From assembly GCA_050575255.1 (NCBI GenBank), contig JBNZDD010013718.1:3653098-3717097 (forward strand): a DNA stretch of 64,000 bases. The letters are read 5' to 3'. The first letter of the stretch is position 1. Each line of letters opens with the position of its first letter. The stretch is from Harriotta raleighana. Taxonomy: Eukaryota. The translations under genes and the position numbers were made by a program. Shown one piece after another: positions 1-10,905 of this stretch. The notes beneath the pieces are model-generated. The model was not told the origin of the DNA and searched no databases. It saw only the letters and a list, made by a program, of their open reading frames with translations.

Positions 1-264
1 TTTAATAAAAGTGTTTGCATTTTTTCCCTATTAGTATGGTTAGGTAACCATGTGATATTCAACTTGTAAGCAGTCTGCTGTTTGTCACCAGCAATTAATT
101 TTCCTGATGCTCCCCTCCGATTCACTTTGGGCTTTGTGCTTTGAATCTTGTGATTATAAGCCTCCTCTGTTGTATTGCTGCAGAATGCTCAGTCTGTCAG
201 ATTATCATGATGCAGCTGAGCATGTAATTGCTCAAATGAGTTAAAATCCCTTCGAATGTCTGTC

Positions 265-930
265 TTTGTACCTCATCGCACTACTTCTTAGACTAAAATA
301 TTTGACAATTGATGGAGATAAACTAAAAGATCTTCATTAGCTACCAACCACCGTGACATGTTTTTATGCTGAGGCGGTTGTATTCCATCCCTGTTATCAA
401 GTCAAAAACTGGGGGGGAAATGGTGAATCACTTGAATGTGATAAACTATATTTTAACTTTGTTCTGCATTAAGTACCAGAGTGACTGAGTACTCCTTCTC
501 AGAGACAATTGAACAGTCTTTGAACAAACAATCTCGCTGAATCAGTAGGCTCCAAATATGGGTTAGAAACCTTTCGGGGATTAAATGAGCATTGTTGCCT
601 TTTCAAGTGCACTGAAGACACTTTACAATGTTTGTACACAGAGGAATGTGCAATGACGTGAATGCTAATCCAATGATGTCATCACATCCTTCCTTGGTCT
701 GCTTCGATGTTTTTGATTTTAATGAGTTTTTAATGGACATATGCATGCTCTGTGCACAGATATCCGAATGCTAAAACTGGCAGCTTGAAGCTTTTCAGCA
801 ATGTGTTAGAAACAGCATCTTTCTGCCTCTTCTAAATCTCTTTAGATTACGCTGGGTATTACCCTTGTCGTAACCTCCAATCAATGAATGAAACATTCAA
901 TGAAATTCTAAATTGCTTTCCATTTAGCAG
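265..930 (+). pseudogene. Heavily decayed hAT-superfamily (Ac/ZBED1-like) transposase fossil
   Basis: Colinear degenerate motifs across frames: LYLIALLLRLKYLTIDGDKLKDL, SYQPP*H, IPSL, STRVTEYS (cf. TSRATESY), NDVNANPM (cf. DNAANM), ACSVH (cf. CxAH), IQ*NS (cf. TRWNS). Many stops and frameshifts; judged by eye. Confidence 0.45.
309..363 (+). repeat. 55-bp direct repeat, copy 1 (copy 2 at 1221-1275)
   Basis: ttgatggagataaactaaaagatcttcattagctaccaaccaccgtgacatgttt matches 1221-1275 at 50/55 positions. Confidence 0.95.
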
Positions 931-1220
931 AAATATTTCAGTTTATTTAGAAGGCGGATTCTGTTCATTTGGGAATTCATGTTGTATCCACCTGTCGGGC
1001 ATTAATTAATTCCAATGTACTGATATCCTTTATATACAGACTCTTGTTTCATTTAACAATGTGTAATCTACATGTTTTCTTTTGGGTTTTGCCAATATAT
1101 GGTGTTGAATTATGCATTGATTTTTTAATACACTTTTTGTTAATATATTTGGTTGATTTGTAAAGGATAAAACATAGTTTAGCAGTGCCTCTCCTTTGAA
1201 ATAAACACCAGACAGATAAT

Positions 1221-1275
1221 TTGATGGAGATAAACTGAAGGATCTTCTTTAGCTACAAACCACCGTGATATGTTT
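1221..1275 (+). repeat. 55-bp direct repeat, copy 2
   Basis: ttgatggagataaactgaaggatcttctttagctacaaaccaccgtgatatgttt; 5 mismatches to 309-363. Confidence 0.95.
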
Positions 1276-1339
1276 GTAAGTCTTTTCCTGAAGAGCAAAG
1301 GACGATTATGGCATAATTCAGAAAATGACAGTAACCAAA

Positions 1340-1518
1340 TAAAAGCTTTTAAGAGAGAACTAGATAGGTATCTGGGGAAGACGGGTTTGCAGGGTTATGG
1401 GGAGAAAGCTGGTGATTGGGGTTAATAAAAGTGACATTGCTCTGACAAAGAGCCGGCACAGACTCGATGGGCCGAATGGCCTCCTTTTGTGCCATAACAT
1501 TCTATGATTCTATGATGA
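1340..1518 (+). mobile_element. CR1 LINE 3' end (ORF2 C-terminus, 3'UTR and tail)
   Basis: Encodes AFKRELDRYL (CR1 C-terminal motif), followed by gatgggccgaatggcctcct and an (ATTCTATG)n tail. Confidence 0.9.
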
Positions 1519-1591
1519 TGAAAACCCGCCAGCAGCAAATTAAGTGTTTGCCTTACCCATATAGATAACTTTTATATAAAAAAATGTATAA

Positions 1592-1760
1592 TAATGCAGC
1601 TGCTGGAAATCTGAAACAAAAACAGAAATCGCTGGTAACAACCAGTAGGTCAGGCAGCATCTATGGAGAAAGGAAAAGTGAGTTCTGATGAAGGGTTGTG
1701 GACCTGAAATGTTGACTCACTTTTCCTTTCTCCATAAATGCTGCCTGACCTGTTGGTAGA
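1592..1760 (+). mobile_element. Penelope-like-element-derived palindromic repeat (chondrichthyan type)
   Basis: gctggaaatctgaaacaaaaacagaaa leader followed by 44-bp inverted arms, 1641-1684 and 1714-1757 (40/44 Watson-Crick complementary). Confidence 0.7.
1641..1757 (+). ncRNA. Minimal type-I hammerhead ribozyme motif
   Basis: Stem I 5' arm ends at 1684; CUGAUGA 1685-1691; stem II AGG/CCU (1692-1694/1703-1705); GAAA 1706-1709; UGU plus U17 at 1710-1713; stem I 3' arm 1714-1757. Confidence 0.7.
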
Positions 1761-1959
1761 TATCTTTTATGGTCAATATAAGATAAACACTTTATTTCTC
1801 TCCAGTTTTCTGCCGTGCTTATCTGAAGGTGCTTACATTATTGGAGTAGAGTTCCATGGGTGCTGCTTGATATCTCATCAAGTGACCATCCTTCTTGTGT
1901 GTTCTGATGTTGTCTTTGTAGGCAGATTATTCAACTATGCTGAGTCCTACAGCGAATTC

Positions 1960-2090
1960 CAGCTATTGCAAGGAACACCCCTGCTTTTGTCCTGATTAAG
2001 GCCAGAAAACCTAGTGCAGACCAGGCATTGAACTTCTCTGCATAGTTCAGTTCTGCACTGACAAGTGGTTTAGCAAGTGAGTTACCAAAT
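1960..2090 (-). mobile_element. Old tRNA-derived SINE fragment (AmnSINE2-like head)
   Basis: Minus strand reads ...gtgcagaactgaactatgcagagaagttcaatgcctggtctgcac, resembling the head of the copy at 3415-3630. Confidence 0.4.
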
Positions 2091-2609
2091 GTACAGTCAT
2101 GCTATTTGGATGCAATATAATTTGACAGTACAGCAATAATTCTAACTGTTATTGAGTGTTTCACTCCATACATAGTAAGGAAAGATATACATGTAATGTT
2201 ATTCACGAGTTTGCTCATTTGCAATCTATTTTTTTTCATCCTTGCCTTTTTCATATAACAGAATTCCTTTGTGGATGGATGACTGAATGTCTCTCAGTTT
2301 TGATTTCCATGACTGAAACTTATCATGCAAACATGTCCTGAATCAGTTACAATCAAGCTCATGATTTGGAATAAAGATACCTTTTATTGAGAGATATTGA
2401 GGGGTTGATTCTCCGCTTGTCAGTAAACCAGAAGATAATAAGACACATTCACTGATCAAGATAGGCAACTTTCATAGAATCCTGACTCAGTATTAACAGT
2501 CTGTTATGGAATCAATTCAGTTCAAAAGCAACAATTCATGATTCAGTTGATGCTTCTAGATGTTAAACTTTATGCCATCACCATGTGGATACATTTCCTG
2601 ATACCGTAT

Positions 2610-3068
2610 TAATAATAATAACAATGATAATAATAATCCTTGCCTTTGATATAGCACCTTATCATATTGCAAGATGTCTCAAAAGTGCTTCCCGGGATGT
2701 ATAGTACTGTACAGTGTTTTTAACTGGGTATGTTTGGCCAACAAACTGCAATCAGTTCGTGCACAAATTGCCCTACAAACAGCCATTAAAGAATGAACAT
2801 TTTTTTTATTTGGGGGTTTGTTGGCCAGTACACCAGGCCATCTCTTTTTGAATATTACCATGAGATCTTTAGCATTCACCTGAAAAGTTAGATGGGACCC
2901 CAGTTTAAAGTCTCATCTGAAGGTACCTCACCCAATGCAACACCCCATCCCTCCCCCCAACCCCACTACCAGAACTGCGTTCGAGTGTTAGGTTAGGCAA
3001 TGTGATTCCAAGTCCTGATGTGGGGCTTGAACCCACAACTATCTAACTCAGAGAGAGGGTGCTACAAC
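2610..3068 (-). mobile_element. Near full-length Deu-domain tRNA-SINE (DeuSINE) with L2-type tail
   Basis: Minus-strand head with B box ggttcaagcccc, Deu-like core (cttcagatgagactttaaactggggtccc), and tail ...gctatatcaaaggcaaggattattatt. Confidence 0.8.
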
Positions 3069-3414
3069 TTCAAATATGCTTTATCTTTTGTTCATCTTGA
3101 AGTTTTAGCACATTGCTAAACTGCATTTTTATGACTGTCAAATGTTAATTTAGAACATTTTCAAGGGTAACTCCTTTCATGTGGTACATCAATAATAACT
3201 CTGGATGATCCTAAAACCACATATGTGTATTGGAATTTTAGTAAATATTGCATTACCAAATGTATTTTAAAACTTTCTAGTATGTGACTCTTTTAATCCA
3301 CAGGACACTGGTTAAAAAATGAAAACAGATTATTAGGGAATTACTCAGGTTGAAAGATTAGGGGTGAGTGAAGCAAAGGTTAAAATAGTAATTTAAAGTT
3401 ATGTATTGAACTTT

Positions 3415-3630
3415 TTCAATGGTTCAAATGCACTACATGATACATGAACTTTATAGACCAGGAATGCATGATTGTCGATTTCTGGTCATTGCTGAGTTAG
3501 ATAAGTGTCCTACAGAGCCTGTGGAATTTCCACGTTCTATCATAGTGCACTCCAACTAAAATCCGTCACAATTCCTGGTTTTGATCACTGTCCAGTGACC
3601 CCTGCTGGAACGTTTGTGTGCATGTCTGAT
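3415..3630 (+). mobile_element. Old tRNA-derived SINE (AmnSINE2-like)
   Basis: atagaccaggaa...ctggtcattgctgagttag...tgatcactgtccagtgacccctgctggaa; the internal motif recurs at about 63855. Confidence 0.55.
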
Positions 3631-4534
3631 AAAAATTGTTCCAATGATTATTTAATAGTGTTTTCAACCCATCATGGAAACCACACACTCACAGCAAATG
3701 AATATTACTAAAAGAAATAGCCACACAAAAATCCTCCAGCTGGCCATTTCATTCAATCGCATGCAGAGCATTCTCAAATATATGTGAGGTGAGACATAAG
3801 CACAAGGTATTTAGAGTTTAGAGAAGGAATATAGAAGTAATTTTCTGAAGCATATTTATTTAATAATGATAAACTAAATGGAAAAATAGAATGTCCTCTT
3901 CAATTATTTTTAGAGTCTGACTTTACTTATGTTCCAACATCTCTTGAACACTTAGTTATTTTCAGATTAGTGCTGCTGAAAATTGAACATTCTCTGTTGT
4001 TTCTAAGTTAGATATTTTCTAGCGTAACATTTGGCATGGTTTTGGCTTCTCAAATCCCGTCTTGACTATTGCTTTTACACTAGAATAAAATGGATCTATG
4101 CTGGAATAGGGGAATGATGACAGTTTATTTAAATATTTGTGGTCTAAAGTTTCTGCAGAAGTTGTAGACGTGAGAAATTGCCATAATTTTCTGAATGCGA
4201 CTTCAAAAATAAATTCTATACCAGCCTCAAATGTTTCATATCATTTCAACCTTTAAATTGGCTGGTTTCCCTTACAAACAGATGCAACATCATGTGGTCA
4301 AATCACAGGCAAACAAAGGTTAACGTCAAAAAGCTTGTTCCCCTTGTTCCGGCAGCTATTGTCATAGCCTACTAATGATGACGTTTAATAAGAATACTGA
4401 ATTGTCTCAATGTAATGTGTCACCCATGAATTACATAATACGATTCATTTTTTCATTACCAAAATTCTTGTTTTTAAATAAATGTTTTGTTTGATAAATG
4501 GACCAAAATAAGAATTCGCTAATGTTTGGGTTGA

Positions 4535-4720
4535 TAAAAATCATCCTTTCAATCAATATAGTGCCTTATCATGTCGTCGAGATGTCTCAAAGCTCTCTAC
4601 AGGACTTTTCTGCAAAGTGTTGTGACTGTTTATTCAGCAATATGTTTGTGCATAGCGATGTCCTACAAACAGGAATGAAGCGAATGATCAATTGTATCTG
4701 TTGGATTATTGGTCAGGGTT
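4535..4720 (-). mobile_element. SINE 3' fragment with L2-type tail
   Basis: atcatcctttcaatcaatatagtgccttatcatgtcgtcgagatgtctcaaagc, the shared tail in reverse orientation. Confidence 0.75.
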
Positions 4721-5559
4721 AAAGTACAAGCACAGTCTAAACCTATGATGAGTCACACAGTCAAAACACAAACAACACTGAGGCCTCGAGGCTGAGACCA
4801 TGTTGAGGAGGCAATTTACCAGCACTTTGATTTCCTATTACAAGCAAGCTTTGTAAAAGTAGGCTTGCTTGTATCACTACACAAAGCATCTCCCACTTGT
4901 TTTTTGGCAGCAACTAGAGGTAGATTCAATAATCTATCCAACTGATTGCCTATCTTCTGCCAAATTAAAGATATGGAAACTTTGGTACAACTAGCAAAAT
5001 TATATGTGACCATCCGAACATCACGTTCATTTCTCATAAAAAATCACGTGGGCCAAAAAATGGTCTAACTTAAAACAGATTATTTCTGCAACAAATATGA
5101 CTGTTTTGCATGTACAGTAAATGCAATAGCCAATGTTCAGGCCATTTTAAACTTTCTCCGTTCATTATTTTCTATCCATTTCTGTAACTTATTTTTAAAA
5201 AAATTTAAGATGCAACAAATAGTGTAGCTGTCTTTTTCATGTACACCATTTCTGCATCAATATTAACTCCTGAACTGTCTGCATACCACTAGAATACCTT
5301 TATAGCAAACAGCACACAGCAGATTTCTGCAATATGAAATCCCTGCTGAATAAAGCCTTCACTGTGGCTAAATCTTTCAAGGAATAATTTAGACTCTTCA
5401 AATGCGAGACATTATGCATGACAAAACTTAGCAATTTGTGAAAAGCTGAACTAGGAGCAAGCTTCAGCCTCAGAACCTGCTCACCCTTTGAGTTAAGGGC
5501 CCAACATCAATTGATGACTTGTTTCACTGAACCAGGAACTCCTGTTGTATATCCATTGT

Positions 5560-6370
5560 ATCATTTATAGTTTCACTTGGTGGAGAATTTAACATTTAAT
5601 TAGCTGATTTCAGCTATATGTAAGGTCATTTCATGATCAAGTACTTATCTAAAAACAGGCACGACAGTGAGACACACATCAGTTCAGACCGTCAAGCCTG
5701 TCATTCCATAATTTCAGCGCTTGACCAAGCATGTGGAAAGGTGAAAATAAGAAATTCTACAGAAAATGGGATTAACAATACTGAGAGGAGAGGACGTGTG
5801 GAAGGCGAAACATGGAAATGAAAGAAGAGAGATATATTAACTAATGGGGTTGTGGGAATGTGAGATAGTAAAAATGAAAGACTTTTTTTATGACAGAAGG
5901 GTAAAGATACAGACACAAATTCGGTGTAAAGCATTCAAAATTCTCCAGCTGCCACTCTTTAATTTGCGACCATTCTAATTAAAATGCAAATTAAAATTAT
6001 AATTAGCAGCAGCAGTATCTGAAAATCCTCTCATCTAGCACAAACAACATGCAGCGTTCTGTAGACAAAGGTGAAAGAAAGTTTTTGAAAGTTAGACTTC
6101 GTAGGGTTGCATCATGCCTGATTTAGCTGTGGAGGGATTGGGGGGGGTTGGAGGGCAGGGGTGGGGAGAGTGGGTAGGGGGTCGGAGAAGCCTGACCTTG
6201 ATGAAGAGATTCCTGAATATGAAAGAACTGTCATGGACTTTACTCTCTCTCAAAATGGGTGTGAAAGGTCCCTCTCAGGTCATCACTGTTGCTTTTAGGG
6301 TCCAGACATGGCACAAGAGGTCAGAGCATCCCATCAAAAGGTCTCAGATTGCACATTAGCCCGCTCACGT
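5560..6370. promoter_or_regulatory. Candidate enhancer block with a perfect ERR element, octamer site and G-rich tract
   Basis: TGACCTTGA at 6193-6201; extra AGGTCA-like half sites at about 5622, 6278 and 6317; ATGCAAAT octamer at about 5984; TAAT clusters; G-runs 6131-6181. Conservation not tested. Confidence 0.35.
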
Positions 6371-8029
6371 TTACGTAATTAATTTTAACGTTGAATGAGC
6401 AACAATATAAGTTTCGCTTAAATCCAAGGAAATTGTGATATAATGTATAAAACAGAAGTTCAATTTTGGTGTATAAAAATATGTACACGCCCTATTGCTG
6501 TATAAATAATCTGCAATTGGAATGTGAAAAAAGCAGCGAAATAAGGTGGAGCTAATCAAAGAAACTGATGTGCGATGCTTAGGACATCTGCAAACCATTC
6601 TATTTGCTGCCTCATTTGTGATACATGTTTAAAATTCAAAGAACAATTAGCATTTGCTTATCTTGGCCTGAAAACTTTTACTATTCCAGTGCCCCTGTTT
6701 GCGTATCATTCTGTGTATTGCCTATTCCTCCTTGTATGTGTGTAATAGCGATTGCAATCAGACTTTCTCACCCATGTGAATGAGATTCAGCAGATTGCAA
6801 GGTGCTAAAGAGTTGCTACTATATAACAGCAGAGAGGAAGGATGCTGCATTCTACTTGTGATTCTTCTCACAATGAGTTTTCAATCTTGGTTGTGTAATT
6901 CAGGAGAGAGTCAGTATTTTTCTACTTGTGCTATATAGTACGTAATGCTCCAAAGAAGAGCCAGCATATGACATATAAGAGGCATATTGTATTTAATATC
7001 TTATCTATCTAAAGGACAGTGCCTGCTACAGTTCATTGCAAAAGTGAACTCAAATCCTGACCAAAGACTCAAGCCTACAGTCCAATAACCCAAAGGAGCC
7101 AGAGACAAGACTATAATACTATCTTCTGCTTTCATTGCTTCGTTTTCCTCAACATGGCGTTGGTGATATCGAAACTCACCATTAAGATAACCACAAGGGT
7201 TGAATAGGAATGCAATAAGCAGGATATTAATGCACCGTTTCCAATTGGAATAAATTATCTTGCATCACCTATTGCAAACCAACTCTCTACACACACTCTC
7301 CTTTTATGTGCTGCAGGAGATGATTGAAACACTGAGGATCTAGGGCTGCCCTGTAGGGCATATTTTTATCACCTAAGTGAAATTCTTTGATCTGACAGAC
7401 GCACAAGTCATCATTGTCGTGGTATCCTAATTATATTAGACTTGAGAGAGCTCTTAAAAGGTGATAGACAGCCCTTCTATCCCATGAGGATTTGAGACCC
7501 AATTGGCAATATCTTGGGCATTAGGCAATCTTGAATCTAAAAAAAAGTAAAATACCTAGTACTCTTCTTCCAAGATTAAATCAATATATCTCTATTCTAT
7601 CAACAGTCATCAGCAACAGCAAATCAAGCATGAGTTTAGTGCAATTGCTAACTTCTTTAATGTCCTGGGAACAATTGACTGCACTCATGTAGCATCATAT
7701 GAATTTGTTTCCCATAATAGGAAGCAGATACATTCTATGAATATACAGGCAATCTGCAATGACAGATGCAGACATACCAATGTGATTGACAAATTCCCAG
7801 GCTTGTGTCATGATCTCTATGGGCAAATTCAGATCTATTTGTGAGCCTTGTAAAATGAAGTAATTAAGTTATTTGGTAGGTAAGCATTACTCCAATTCTT
7901 TTCATATGTAATCAATGGAAATAGTAGACGGGATATTCTGAAACCTTTCCCCTGTATTTTTCAGGATATGGCCTGAAGACTTGGCTGATTACTCTCTTTT
8001 TTGATTCCCATTCAGCAACTAAGGACAGA

Positions 8030-8265
8030 CATAATAATGTGCATTAATTCACCATTGTGTTATCAAAAGGGCGTTTAGTACTAAACATGCTTTTCAGACA
8101 TCTGGACTGCTCAGGTGATGTACAGTTCCCAGGCCAGAGAAGATCTGCCAGATTTTCACAGCATATTGCATTCTCCATAATGCTGCTGCTGTAATTCATG
8201 GGACTGTAGCAGTGGCAGAGCAGATAATGTAAATCAGCCATTAGACATCAACTTTGATGCAGATT
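8030..8265. promoter_or_regulatory. Candidate conserved non-coding element
   Basis: Non-repeat block dense in homeodomain (TAAT), Sox (CATTGT), TCF (ATCAAA/CTTTGAT) and Hox-Pbx-like (TAAATCA) motifs. Confidence 0.35.
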
Positions 8266-8459
8266 TTCAGGTTTGTTGCAGTTGAGGTCTATGAAACCAA
8301 GCAATGGCTGTGAATCAATGTTACTATAGGGCAATAATGTTTTTCAATACATTCTAGTCATTTAAATAAATATTTTGCTTTTGGTTGAACAATATGCAAT
8401 AGAATCAATCCCTTGCCTGTGCAACATTAGGTCTCCACTGATAAGGTGGAGAAAAGTGA

Positions 8460-9140
8460 ATAATAATCATAATCCTTGCATTTGATATAGTGCATTTCAC
8501 ATCTTCTAGACATCTCAAAGCACTTCACAGAATATACCGGATGGTGAATTGACTATGTGGGCGAAACACGGCAGCCGATTGCACACAGCAGTGGATTGTA
8601 AGGACCAATATATTATTGCTTTTTGAACGATTATTATCAGGCATGTGGAGTAAGGAAACTTGCCCAAGCTTTCGCCCTGCCGGGAATAATACACATATTT
8701 GATAAAGTGTCTTTAACATCAGGAAGATGTCTCTGGGATCTATTGTAAAGTGCAGTGAGTATTTGTCAGACAAACAGCCATGAAGCAATGACCAATCTGG
8801 GAGCTTCTGACCAGGAGATGGGGAGAACTTGCCCTCTCTTTCAAAACCAGCCAGGCTGACAAGATACCATCAGAATGCCACTTTTTCCTGATCGAATAAT
8901 AATAATAATAATCCTTGCATTTGATAGAGTGCTTTTCCCGTCTTCTAGATGTCTCAAAGCACTTCACAGAGTATACCTCAAAGTGAATCGACTCTATGTT
9001 TGTGGGCGAGATGTGGCAGCCAATTGTACACAGCAGTGTCCCACAACAGTCATGGATTAAAATGACCAATTCATTATAGGTTAGATTTTTGGATGGATTA
9101 TTGTTAAGCTTGTGGAGTAAGGAAATTTGCCCAAGGTTGA
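8460..9140 (-). mobile_element. Cluster of three SINE fragments (about 8460-8681, 8700-8890, 8895-9140)
   Basis: Two copies of the tRNA-SINE body (ggagtaaggaaa.ttgcccaag) with (AAT)n tails flank a third tail-bearing fragment. Confidence 0.85.
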
Positions 9141-9819
9141 TATAAACTGACAATTAAACAGTAAGTGCAGCAGGATTCCATAATGCAACTGTAATGAAAA
9201 CAGAAAGTAAATGTGCAGCAAGTTTAACCTCAAAGTATTTTTTTTAGTTTGGCTCATTGAATAATAAAATGTTGCATGCCTGAGAATCTTCGACAATCAC
9301 ATAGTCTAACTTTAAAATGATGTGCTTTAGCAATGCTTTGGTTTTTGGTAATATGTTTGTCATTTACAGGCAAAGATCAAACGATTTCTTCATTCAAAAC
9401 TAAATTGCACAGCATGTTTTAACTTGGCTGCTCTATTACAATGATGATGTAGATATTCTTCTTATTATTCAGAAGTAATTTAGACAGAAACATATATTTC
9501 CTCATCTATCTATCAAGTCCAGGCATATACACCTTCCTTCATCCAAAAATAAATTACAGTGTATGTTACATAGAAATTATTTTCTAGTACGAAAATAAAC
9601 TACAGAGACTATGCTTTCTTATCAGTCTATAATGCGCACAGTGAAATTATTCTTCACTGACATATTACACGGTATGAAAGGATGTGCTGAGATGTTTTAT
9701 TGCAGTGCTTCAAAATTCCACTAAGCCCTCAAAGAAGTTGCATGTGGACTATTCAGGGTTCAGGTAATTAAATTTAGAAGATTCTTTCTCATTTGTTGTC
9801 ACAATTAAATGGACAAAAA

Positions 9820-9885
9820 AAAACATTGCTGCACCAGCTGTGAATGGCAGTGGACTATCATCAACGGCATCAAGAAAGAGCTATC
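9820..9885 (+). mobile_element. Short old LINE ORF2 fragment (CR1/L2 group)
   Basis: Encodes TSCEWQWTII, resembling the SSREWWWTIK-type linker motif of chondrichthyan CR1-group LINEs. Confidence 0.4.
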
Positions 9886-10586
9886 AATCCAGCATTCACT
9901 TCTGTGTCACGACTGGGTCAGGCTTCCCATGTTGAATCAAATTAAACTGCATGTTCTAATCATGCTGCTGCCATTCTGTTATGTTCCACTGTTGCAACTA
10001 TACTTTCACCATCCATTCCTCAAAGCTCTCATCCCTCACTCCTATGCATGTCACAGCGTGTTTAGTTTAATTTTGCAAGAGTTGCTGCACTGTTCTGGTA
10101 TCTGAGATAGCTGGGGGGATTCCTTTGCTAGTGATAAATTTACCAACCTTGGTATTGAGTAAGCATTATTCTATTTGGCAGCTTCCCTGTTAATGTCATC
10201 CGGCCACCGTATTTTCCATTTTTTTTTGCTTTGAAATATGGTTAAAACTAGATCACATTTGTTCCAAATCATCAGATATTCTACCAAAGAGGTAACTTGT
10301 TAGCCCATTGTTGCATCTAATGTTTTGCTTTCCTCCCTCCTCACCTCCTCACTGTTAAACAAACTGTGATTAATTGTCACAGTAAAACAAATACATACAC
10401 TGAACTATCAAATCCATTAATATTCTTTTACTTTCATATTCTGAAGTTAATCAAGCACCCATTTCTTCTTTCAACCCATCAGTGAATCAATATTCCTTTG
10501 TGGATCTGCCTTGCAATGGATTTAATATGAAACACTTTGGTGCATTTTTCACCATGGTTATCCTCAGTGCTATGACTTTGACCCTA

Positions 10587-10905
10587 GATGTGTAGCTCAG
10601 TGGTAAGAGCGCTCACCTTACAAGCGAGAGTCCTGGATTCAAATCCAGCCTGGGGTCAATTCCAGGCAGGGCGAAACTTTGGGCAACTTTCCTTGCTCCA
10701 CACAGCTAATAATAATCCCTAAAAACAACAATAATATTTTGGTCATTTCAATCCACGACTGTTTGTGAGACACTGCTGTGCACATTTGGCTGTAGCGTTT
10801 CACCCACATATATACAGTCAATTCACTTTACAGTATATTCCATGAAGTGCTTTGAGACATATAGAACACATGAAAGCACTATGTCAAATGTAAGGAATAC
10901 TATTA
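10587..10905 (+). mobile_element. Full-length tRNA-derived SINE with L2-type 3' tail
   Basis: Pol III A box TAGCTCAGTGG 10593-10603, B box GGATTCAAATCC 10635-10646, body shared with at least 8 copies in the window, tail gaagtgctttgagaca...tcaaatgtaagga. Confidence 0.92.

Noticed and set aside
1641-1757. Pre-miRNA interpretation of the long hairpin
   Set aside because: No match to a miRNA I recognise. The loop is a hammerhead core and the arms belong to a TE-type palindrome.
8740-9153. 137-aa ORF
   Set aside because: It lies entirely within a SINE cluster; the YYYYY run is the (ATT)n tail.
10587-10660. Apparent tRNA gene (A and B boxes)
   Set aside because: It runs directly into a multi-copy SINE body and tail, and has no clean acceptor stem or terminator. 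It is a SINE head.
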